Shown here: positions 1 through 7,108 of the stretch, one piece after another
Layout of the letters: the number at the start of each line of letters is the position of its first letter
Position numbering within the stretch: the first letter of the stretch is position 1
From: an uncultured Deinococcales bacterium
GTDB taxonomy: Bacteria; Deinococcota; Deinococci; Deinococcales; JAAFIG01
Direction: 5' to 3'
Length of the DNA stretch: 11,621 nucleotides
Assembly: GCA_964244895.1 (NCBI GenBank)
Contig: CAXTKV010000069.1
Coordinates: forward strand, 11,005 to 22,625
The notes under the pieces: generated by a model
The model's input: the letters and a program-made list of their open reading frames with translations, nothing else
Told to the model about the DNA's origin: nothing
Databases searched by the model: none
Position numbers and translations under genes: made by a program

Positions 1-204
1 ATTCTTGTGCGACACGAACGACCGTCGTAACGATGCCTCGAGATCGAGCTTGATCCACGGCGAATGCTCGAGATCGCATTCTGGATCGAATATCAAAAAG
101 TCGCACGGGGCATTCGTATCGTCTAAGCAACGGCGAAGGATTCCTCGGTCGTTGGGGATGGCAAAAAGACCTTCGACTGGCCTGAATCCCGTCCTGATCG
201 GCAC
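1..204 (-). CDS. Possible 5' part of a divergent hypothetical protein running off the window start
   Basis: Stop-free minus-strand frame from GTG at 204 to the window edge (MPIRTGFRPVEGLFAIPNDRGILRRCLDDTNAPCDFLIFDPECDLEHSPWIKLDLEASLRRSFVSHKN...). No recognisable motif and no clear RBS. Confidence 0.25.
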   Translation of the reverse strand, partial: MPIRTGFRPVEGLFAIPNDRGILRRCLDDTNAPCDFLIFDPECDLEHSPWIKLDLEASLRRSFVSHKN

Positions 205-226
205 TTTTTCGGCCTGCGGAAACCCG

Positions 227-232
227 TATACT
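227..232 (+). promoter_or_regulatory. -10 element (TATACT) of a probable leaderless acyltransferase transcript
   Basis: TATACT lies 7 nt before ATG 240 and there is no Shine-Dalgarno sequence. Confidence 0.65.
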
Positions 233-239
233 TCCGGCA

Positions 240-839
240 ATGCACATCCATCAACCCATCGGCTTTCGGCAGCGCTTCGGGACAGCGCTGCTCGGGTTGT
301 TCGGCTGGAAGGCCGTGCTGGAACCGCCGCCGGGAAAGAAGTTCGTGGCGGTCGGGTACTCGCACACCTCGAACTGGGATTTCTTGCCGTTGATCGGGTG
401 GGCCTGGGCGACGGGTGTCAAGGCCAGTTTCGTGGGCAAGCGCGAGTTGTTCGACGGCCCGATGGGGCCAATCATGCGTCGGTTGGGCGGGATTCCTCTG
501 GATCGGGACAACTCCAAGAATTTCGTGCAGCGCGTCGCGGAAATCATCACCTCGCGCGACGAGATCTTCATGGTGATCGCCGCCGAGGGCACGCGGTCTC
601 ACGCGGCGTACTGGAAGAGCGGCTTTTACTACATGGCGCTCGAAGCCAACGTCCCGATCGCTTTGGGGTTGATCGACTGGAAGCGCAAACTGATCGGCAT
701 GGGCGCGTACCTGAGGCCGACGGGCGATCTGAACGCGGATTTCGAGGTCATCAAGGCGTTCTACAAGGATGTCGTTGGCCGCGATCCGCGCAAGCAGGGG
801 CCGGTGGTGCTCAAACCGCCGGAAGCGCAGGAAACCTAA
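240..839 (+). CDS. 1-acyl-sn-glycerol-3-phosphate / lysophospholipid acyltransferase (PlsC family), 199 aa
   Basis: Catalytic HxxxxD motif (HTSNWD, 363-380), GGIPLDR block, EGTRS block and WKSGFYYMA. Confidence 0.9.
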   Translation: MHIHQPIGFRQRFGTALLGLFGWKAVLEPPPGKKFVAVGYSHTSNWDFLPLIGWAWATGVKASFVGKRELFDGPMGPIMRRLGGIPLDRDNSKNFVQRVAEIITSRDEIFMVIAAEGTRSHAAYWKSGFYYMALEANVPIALGLIDWKRKLIGMGAYLRPTGDLNADFEVIKAFYKDVVGRDPRKQGPVVLKPPEAQET

Positions 840-889
840 GAACACCGTCCTGAACGATGTTCCTAAGTGTGCGTTCTGCACGGCGTCCC
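839..889. repeat. Palindromic intergenic repeat, copy 1 (degenerate right arm)
   Basis: AGAACACCGTCCTGAACG...CGTTCTGCACGGCGTCCC. It begins at the acyltransferase stop codon and matches the other copies. Confidence 0.8.
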
Positions 890-957
890 GGTCGTCTCGA
901 GCGCAGACTGCGAGCTGGAGGCTGGTTTTCAGGGTCTGGATCGCTGATAATTTCGCG

Positions 958-1935
958 GTGAACGCCAAAACATGGATCGTCTCGAGTCTGGCCGCCCTTT
1001 CGTTGGCGGCCTGCGCGCCCGCCACAGGTAACTTGTCTGATCAGGCAGCGCCCCCACCGCGCCTGCCGGGCATGACCGAAAGCCGTTACGTCACGCTGCG
1101 GGGCGAACGCGTCTACCTGGAAGCTGGCGGCAGGGGCTCGAGCGTCGTGTTCGTTCACGGCATCGGGGCGGGCAACTCGAGCCACCTGTGGCGGGAAAAC
1201 ACGGCGGCGCTGGCCAAAGACCACCGCGTGTTCGCCTTCGACTGGCCGGGCTTCGCGCGCTCCAATGCGCGCCCGATCCAGTACACCAACGACCTGTACG
1301 TCGGCGTCCTGAAGGACTTCATCCGCGACGTGGTGCGCGAACCCGCAGCGCTGGTGGCGGGCAGCCTGGGATCGGATTACGCGATCCGCGTGGCCGCCGA
1401 AAACCCGGAGTTGGTGACGCGTTTGCTGATTTCCAACCCGTCCGGGTACGACATCAACGAACCCGAGAACAAGGACGGTCGGACATTGCTGACGACCACC
1501 AGCAAACGCAACCAGGAACTCTACGACCGGTTTTCAAAAACCTTCCTGGGCGACGTGATCTTCAGCACCCTGAAGGCGGATTCGGGATTGAATTTTTTCT
1601 TGTACAACTACGTTTACCTGGACTGGCGGCGCGTCACGCCGGAAGTCACCGCGATCTACCAGCAGAACCTGGACGGGCCGAACAAGCAGTACGCGCCGTT
1701 CTCTTTTTTCGCGGGTTTCCTGGAGCAGCGCGTCTCGGAATTCTGGCCCAGGATCAAGCAGCCGACGCTGTTGGTCTGGGGGTCGGACGATATTTTCACG
1801 CCGATCCGTTTCGCGCAGGATTTCTTGAAGGTGCGCCCCGAGGTCAAGCTCGAGGTGCTTCGCGCCCGCGCGATCCCGTATGACGAGGATTCGGACAGGT
1901 TCAATCAGCTCGCCGCGGCGTTCCTGAAGCCCTAA
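958..1935 (+). CDS. Lipoprotein with alpha/beta-hydrolase fold, ~325 aa, probably catalytically incomplete
   Basis: Starting at GTG 958 gives a signal peptide and lipobox (MNAKTWIVSSLAALSLAAC). Motifs VVFVHGIG, FAFDWPGF, elbow AGSLG and PTLLVWGSDD are present. The ORF-track start at 769 overlaps the upstream gene and the repeat. GATAAT lies 6 nt before the GTG. Confidence 0.85.
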   Translation: MNAKTWIVSSLAALSLAACAPATGNLSDQAAPPPRLPGMTESRYVTLRGERVYLEAGGRGSSVVFVHGIGAGNSSHLWRENTAALAKDHRVFAFDWPGFARSNARPIQYTNDLYVGVLKDFIRDVVREPAALVAGSLGSDYAIRVAAENPELVTRLLISNPSGYDINEPENKDGRTLLTTTSKRNQELYDRFSKTFLGDVIFSTLKADSGLNFFLYNYVYLDWRRVTPEVTAIYQQNLDGPNKQYAPFSFFAGFLEQRVSEFWPRIKQPTLLVWGSDDIFTPIRFAQDFLKVRPEVKLEVLRARAIPYDEDSDRFNQLAAAFLKP

Positions 1936-1960
1936 GGACGATTTACCGGGACATGGTACG

Positions 1961-2010
1961 AGAACACCGTCCAGCACGCATATTCGAATATGCGTGCTGG
2001 ACGGTGTTCT
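1961..2010. repeat. Palindromic intergenic repeat, copy 2 (perfect 50-bp palindrome), possible terminator
   Basis: AGAACACCGTCCAGCACGCATATTC|GAATATGCGTGCTGGACGGTGTTCT is its own reverse complement. Confidence 0.95.
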
Positions 2011-2118
2011 TTGAATTCGAGGGTTGCGACCCGAGCGGCGCGCTCGAGCCTCGCCTCCGATTCTGACGACCCAGACGCGCAAAACCAGCCGACTGGACGC
2101 CCAAACGGACTCTTGCGC

Positions 2119-2124
2119 TACACT
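2119..2124 (+). promoter_or_regulatory. Candidate -10 element (TACACT) for the STAND regulator
   Basis: TANNNT hexamer ~40 nt upstream of GTG 2163, with a purine-rich GGGGGA just before the start codon. Confidence 0.4.
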
Positions 2125-2162
2125 CGAGGTCGCGCAGGATCGGCACAAGACGGGGGATTGCG

Positions 2163-5100
2163 GTGGAGGGGACACTCAGCATTCGGACACCTGAGGACAA
2201 CTCGAACGCGGCGATCCTCGAGATTCGTCTGCTCGGTCAACCCGCCGTGAGGTTGGGTGGCGAACCCGCGCGGGTGGCCATCAAGACGGTCGGCCTGCTG
2301 GCGTACCTGGCGCTCGAGGGACGAACCTCGCGCCGAACCATCGCGCTGAAGCTCTGGCCGGATTCCAGAGACCCGTTGAACAACCTGTCCGTCGCGCGCC
2401 ACGCGCTGACCAAATTGCTCGGCGTGGACACGCTGGAATACGACGCGGACACCGTCTGGATCAACGTTTTGCACCAGTGCGACGCATTAACCTGGCAAGA
2501 AACGCTGGAGACCAACGCGCGCGCCGCCTGGGACGCCTGGACGGGCGGCTTCATGGACGGCTACCAGCTTCCCGACTGGGATCGCGGTCTGGGCGAGGAA
2601 TTCGAGGAATGGATTCTGGAACGCCGCGAATCGTTCCAATCGAACCGCCGCGAACTGGCCGCGCGCCTCGGTGCGGACGCCCTGCGTCAAGGCGATCTGA
2701 CGGGCGCGCTGCCGTACCTCGAGATCGCCCACGAGGGTAGCGCCGAACCGCGCGAGGACGCCGGAAGGTGGTTGATCCTGTGCCTGGGTGCGCTTGGGCT
2801 GACCGACCGCGCCGCCGCCACCTACGCGCAACTCGCGCGCACGCTGCGCGAGGAACTCGAGGTCGAACCGACCCGCACCACCCGCGACGCGCTCGAAACC
2901 GTCCGATCGGGCACGCCCACCGAATGCCGCGCCGCCATCGAGGCCGAATTTGAACCCGCCCAGGCCGCGCCCAGGCCCGCGAGAGAAACCGAAGTGCCAC
3001 TGGCCGGACGCGACGGGGAACTCGAGCAGTTGCGCGCAGAATTCGACCTGGCGCGCGCGGGTCGCGCCCGATTGACCGTGATTCACGGCGAACCGGGCGC
3101 GGGCAAGACGCGACTGGCCAACGCGTTGATCAACCAGGTCGGACGCGACGCGCTGACCGCCACCGGCGTGGCCGCCCCGACTGGGCTGCCGCTCGTGGCC
3201 TTCGATCGGCTGGCTCGTTCGCTGGTGCGGGAACGCGCGGATGTCGTGCGCGGCCTGGGCGTGGCACAACGCGACGCGCTGGCGCGTTTTTTGCCCGACG
3301 TGCGCGCCCACGGATTGACGGAACCGAGCGGATCGCCCGCCAGCCCCGAATACGAACGCCGCGCCCTGTTTGAAGCCATCCGCGCCCTGTTGACGCACCC
3401 GGACAAACCCGCGCTGGTGCTGCTGGACGACATCCAATGGGCGGATCAGGCTACCTTGGAACTGGCTTTGCACCTGCTAACCAACCCGCCGCCGCGCGGC
3501 ATCCTGATCATCGCCACGCAGCGCGACACGGAAAGCCCGAGCGCCGACCCGCGCCCACTGTTTGAACGCCAATCCAGAGAGAGCCTCGGGCCGCGCATCG
3601 CGCTCAAACCACTGCCAGAAGAGGCCTGCGCCAGCGTCGCCCAGTTCCTGGGGCGCGGTGATGCCGACCCCGCCCGGTTACGCCGTTCCACGGGCGGCAA
3701 CCCATTTTATTTGATCGAACTGCTGCGCGCCGAACCTGGAACCGCCGCGCGCCGCGTTCAGGATCTTCTGCGCACCCGCCTCGAGACGCTGCCCGAAATC
3801 GCGTACCAGACGCTGGAAACCATCGCGGTGCTGGGCGCCAACGCCAACGCCAACGTTGCGCGCCGCACCGCTGGACGCTCATTGGAAGAAATCAGCGATG
3901 CGCTGGAAGTGTTGCGCCGCGCCGGGCTGGTGCGCCTCGACGATACGGTCGCTTTTAACCACGACCTGACCCGAGAAGTCGTGCTGAGCGACCTCTCGCG
4001 CACGCGATTGGAACTCTTGAACCTGCGCGCCGCACGCATCCGGCGCGACGCGCCGACCGTGGCCGCAGAGCATTACTGGGCTGCGAGAACCGTCTGGGAC
4101 GACGAAGACGCCGAACCCGCCATCCGAGCCTTCGTCGAGACGGGTTCCAGCACCGCCATGCGCGGCGCCCTGGAAGACGGCCTGCAATGGTTCGAGCGCG
4201 GACTCGAGGTGGCACCGACGGACGCGCTGCGCGTTCGCGCCTTGACCAACAAAGCCCGCGTGCTGGAACGATACCTGCGCTACGAGGAAGCCCTGAAGAC
4301 GCTGGAACACGCGGAACGGCTGGCAGAAAACGTGGACGTGGTCGCGCGCGCGGGCGTCTGGAACGCGCGAGGTACGCTTCTGGTTCACGCGATGGGCGAG
4401 ATGGAACCCGTCAGAGAGCTAGCACAGCGCACAATTGATGCACTCAACGGATTAAATACGTTCGAAGCTCGAGTTGAACGCGCCAATGGGCTGAACAACC
4501 TGGGCATGGTTTCGTGGTTGACACGAAAACTTGATCTGGCCGAGAACTATCATGAACAGGCGCTGGAGATCAGGCGCGAACTTGGAAATCTGAATCAAGT
4601 TTCTTCCTCTCTTCTCAACATTGGGCTGGCCATGAGCGATAATAGTAATCCGAAAGCTGAACATTATTTGACTGAAGCAATTGATATTTATGTAAAAACC
4701 AACCAGATTGCCAACTTGTCCAGGGCACACAATGCTTTGGGATGCCTGAGAATTCAACAGTCTCAATACGCTTTAGCTCAAAAACACTTTGAAGAAGCGA
4801 TCGAGCTGAGTCGCTCGCAGGGCGAGGAGTTTGTCTTGCCGGATTTCATAAATAACTTAGGTTTTGCTCTTTTTAACCAGCATTTTTATGAAGAAGCAAG
4901 AAGTTATTACACGGAAGCAACACAAAAAAGAGCTTCAGCGCTAAATAATCAAAGTAAGGCCATGTACTTTTGCAACAGAGCCGAGACGGAATTATGTCTT
5001 GGATTGGTTGAAGACGCGAAAAAAAGTATTGAATCTGTATTCGAGTTGCTAAAAGACAAAGCATCCGTCTGGTGGACTGATGCTTATTACTTTCGAGCCG

Positions 5101-5459
5101 AGTGTTCATCGCTCGAGAACAATTTAGAAGATGCTCGAAAAGGCTATCTGACTTCTTTAGAGGCCGCCCGCCATTTTCACCAATTGACGAAACAGTCTCT
5201 CGCACTTTCAAGGTTGGCGACACTCGACTTCGACTCAGATTTTGCTCAACAAGCTGTGGATATATTCGATTCATCTGTGAGTCGGGCTGCTTTACAAGCC
5301 GTGACGCGAGAATTTACGAACGCCTTAAAAATCATAAAAGCGGCCAACAGTCCCTACGAAGAAGGTCGTTTGCTGCTGGATATCGCTCGGCATACGAAGG
5401 ATTCTCAAATGCTCGAGGAAGGGTTCCACCTGCTCAGGCTTCCTTTCAGGGCTGGTTAA
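2163..5459 (+). CDS. SARP-like wHTH/BTAD - STAND (AAA) ATPase - TPR transcriptional regulator, 1098 aa
   Basis: N-terminal LEIRLLG...LLAYLALEG...LWPD (wHTH) and BTAD end (YAQLARTLREELEVEP). Walker A GEPGAGKT (3087-3110), Walker B LVLLDDIQWAD, GGNPFYL motif and FNHDL motif. C-terminal ~40-aa TPR-like repeats (NNLG, LNIG, HNALG). The start codon is uncertain. Confidence 0.9.
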   Translation: MEGTLSIRTPEDNSNAAILEIRLLGQPAVRLGGEPARVAIKTVGLLAYLALEGRTSRRTIALKLWPDSRDPLNNLSVARHALTKLLGVDTLEYDADTVWINVLHQCDALTWQETLETNARAAWDAWTGGFMDGYQLPDWDRGLGEEFEEWILERRESFQSNRRELAARLGADALRQGDLTGALPYLEIAHEGSAEPREDAGRWLILCLGALGLTDRAAATYAQLARTLREELEVEPTRTTRDALETVRSGTPTECRAAIEAEFEPAQAAPRPARETEVPLAGRDGELEQLRAEFDLARAGRARLTVIHGEPGAGKTRLANALINQVGRDALTATGVAAPTGLPLVAFDRLARSLVRERADVVRGLGVAQRDALARFLPDVRAHGLTEPSGSPASPEYERRALFEAIRALLTHPDKPALVLLDDIQWADQATLELALHLLTNPPPRGILIIATQRDTESPSADPRPLFERQSRESLGPRIALKPLPEEACASVAQFLGRGDADPARLRRSTGGNPFYLIELLRAEPGTAARRVQDLLRTRLETLPEIAYQTLETIAVLGANANANVARRTAGRSLEEISDALEVLRRAGLVRLDDTVAFNHDLTREVVLSDLSRTRLELLNLRAARIRRDAPTVAAEHYWAARTVWDDEDAEPAIRAFVETGSSTAMRGALEDGLQWFERGLEVAPTDALRVRALTNKARVLERYLRYEEALKTLEHAERLAENVDVVARAGVWNARGTLLVHAMGEMEPVRELAQRTIDALNGLNTFEARVERANGLNNLGMVSWLTRKLDLAENYHEQALEIRRELGNLNQVSSSLLNIGLAMSDNSNPKAEHYLTEAIDIYVKTNQIANLSRAHNALGCLRIQQSQYALAQKHFEEAIELSRSQGEEFVLPDFINNLGFALFNQHFYEEARSYYTEATQKRASALNNQSKAMYFCNRAETELCLGLVEDAKKSIESVFELLKDKASVWWTDAYYFRAECSSLENNLEDARKGYLTSLEAARHFHQLTKQSLALSRLATLDFDSDFAQQAVDIFDSSVSRAALQAVTREFTNALKIIKAANSPYEEGRLLLDIARHTKDSQMLEEGFHLLRLPFRAG

Positions 5460-5484
5460 CCCCCATTCGACGACAATCATTCCC

Positions 5485-5490
5485 GGAGGT
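5485..5490 (+). promoter_or_regulatory. Shine-Dalgarno sequence GGAGGT for the S8 peptidase
   Basis: GGAGGT-AAACC-GTG at 5496. Confidence 0.8.
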
Positions 5491-5495
5491 AAACC

Positions 5496-6935
5496 GTGCG
5501 CACAGTCATTGGCTTTTTGCTCGTCGCAACGCTTTCAGGATGCTGGATGTCCAAACCGCAACCCCCATCGCGCGTCAGTCCGGACTTAACGACCATCTTT
5601 CAGAACCCGGAAGTCTATCTGCCAAATCTGGACTACGTTCCGAACCAGTACCTGGTGTTCGTGAATCGCCCAGCCAAGCTCGTGGATTCAAAAACCCTCA
5701 CCGGGCGCATTTCCTCGGCGGGATTCAAATCCGCCGCGTCCTATCCGCTGGCTGGCGCTGTCAACGTCGTCGATGGCACACCGCTCGCGAACCCGAACGT
5801 CTGCGGCAAGTTGTTGGTGCTGGTCGAATCGAACGGAACCATCAATGGGCAAGAAGCCAGCAAACTCGATGATGCCGTGGGTTTAAGCGATGAGTATTCG
5901 ATCAACGGAAATACGGGTGGAGATGGACATCAGGTCGCTCAATCCGTGAAATCCCAGGGGATCGGTCAAGCCTGGCTGCGCTACGTGAACGGCTCGCAAG
6001 TGCCCACCAACAACCTCAAGGTTGCCGTGCTGGATACGGGTGTCACGGTTCCGTTCAGTCAGACGAACATCCCGTACATGACCCTCTCCAACCCCTTCAA
6101 CAGCAGCGATTACTCCGGCTCGAGCAACGCCGATGACGATTTCAAGGGCGATGCGGTCATCACTTCTCTACCGGGTCACGGCACGGCGGTCGCCAGTCTG
6201 GTGGCCGTTCAAGGCATCGGCACTGCGCCAGGGGCGACCATCGTGCCCGTCAAGTTTGCCAAAGCCGATGGAACTGGCACGGGCCTGAGCATGATTCAGG
6301 GCGTGTGCCACGCCATCTCTTTGGGCGTTCAATCGCGCGTGCTGAACCTGTCGTTCGGTAGCTTGCTTTCATCTGCGTTGGCGAAAGGCGCGATCCAGGA
6401 CGCGATCAACGCGGGCGCGGTGGTGGTCGCTTCGGCGGGCAACACGCGCAACACGAAGCGTTTCAGCGGCAAGCGCTGCGGGTTGCCGAATTACCCGGCG
6501 GCCTTCTCGAGCGGGTCGGACACGAACGATGGTCTGATCGCGGTCGGTGGCGTGAAACTGATCGCCGATACGACGGCGCCCCCCGGCGCGCCGTGCGACG
6601 CGACCGTACAGGCGAACCTCGAGGCCAACTCGACGCTGGTTTCGCCAGGGTATTTCACGACGCTCGGCAAGTACGTGGATATCGCCGCGCCGGGCGTGGG
6701 CGTGGCCGGACTCGGCACGGACGGGAGTGTCTTCACGGATTTCGAGGGTACGTCTTTCGCCGCGCCGTTCGTGGCTGGCGCTGCTGCGCAGATCCTGGCG
6801 AAAAACCCGAAGCTTTCGCCCAGTGATGTAGAGCGCATCCTCAAGGCGAACGTCAACCCGGAGTACAAATGCCCGCCTGAAGCCTGCGGTGCGGGCTTCC
6901 TGGATGTGGCTCGAGCCATAGCGAACACGCCATAA
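5496..6935 (+). CDS. S8 (subtilisin-family) serine peptidase, lipoprotein, 479 aa
   Basis: Lipobox LSGC (Cys16). Catalytic triad VAVLDTG (D, 6033), HGTAVAS (H, 6177), GTSFAAP (S, 6753). Oxyanion SAGN, plus NLSFG, YPAA and DIAAPG. Strong RBS. Confidence 0.93.
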   Translation: MRTVIGFLLVATLSGCWMSKPQPPSRVSPDLTTIFQNPEVYLPNLDYVPNQYLVFVNRPAKLVDSKTLTGRISSAGFKSAASYPLAGAVNVVDGTPLANPNVCGKLLVLVESNGTINGQEASKLDDAVGLSDEYSINGNTGGDGHQVAQSVKSQGIGQAWLRYVNGSQVPTNNLKVAVLDTGVTVPFSQTNIPYMTLSNPFNSSDYSGSSNADDDFKGDAVITSLPGHGTAVASLVAVQGIGTAPGATIVPVKFAKADGTGTGLSMIQGVCHAISLGVQSRVLNLSFGSLLSSALAKGAIQDAINAGAVVVASAGNTRNTKRFSGKRCGLPNYPAAFSSGSDTNDGLIAVGGVKLIADTTAPPGAPCDATVQANLEANSTLVSPGYFTTLGKYVDIAAPGVGVAGLGTDGSVFTDFEGTSFAAPFVAGAAAQILAKNPKLSPSDVERILKANVNPEYKCPPEACGAGFLDVARAIANTP

Positions 6936-6941
6936 ATCTCG

Positions 6942-6991
6942 AGGACACCGTCCTGGACGCAAATCAGAAATTGCGTCCAGGACGGTGTTTA
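6942..6991. repeat. Palindromic intergenic repeat, copy 3, probable terminator of the STAND-S8 unit
   Basis: Perfect 18-bp stem ACACCGTCCTGGACGCAA (6945-6962) / TTGCGTCCAGGACGGTGT (6971-6988) with an 8-nt loop, followed by TTATT. Confidence 0.92.
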
Positions 6992-7108
6992 TTCCTCGAA
7001 GCCATCATCCTTAAGCCAGTCTCTCGAGCCCCATCTCTCGGGCCTGACGCACTTTCACCGCCTCTTAAACCCCGGTGGCGCATCGTGGGGTCACTCAAGG
7101 AGGAGACG

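Noticed and set aside
769..957. N-terminal extension of the hydrolase ORF
   Set aside because: It overlaps the upstream gene and repeat copy 1. GTG 958 gives a clean lipoprotein signal.
5..1025. Long alternative ORFs 5..853 (+) and 123..1025 (-)
   Set aside because: Shadow frames of the acyltransferase in GC-rich DNA, with no recognisable motifs.
2170..2200. GGACAC/GGACAA triplet near the STAND start as a SARP operator
   Set aside because: The 15- and 10-nt spacing does not fit the 11-bp SARP periodicity, and the motif is short and probably coding.
5102..5872. 256-aa plus-strand ORF bridging the STAND and S8 genes
   Set aside because: Out-of-frame overlap with two well-supported genes, Arg/Ser-rich and without motifs. 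No slippery site was identified.
6971..7108. N-terminal extension of the nuclease ORF
   Set aside because: It starts inside repeat copy 3. A strong RBS supports ATG 7109.
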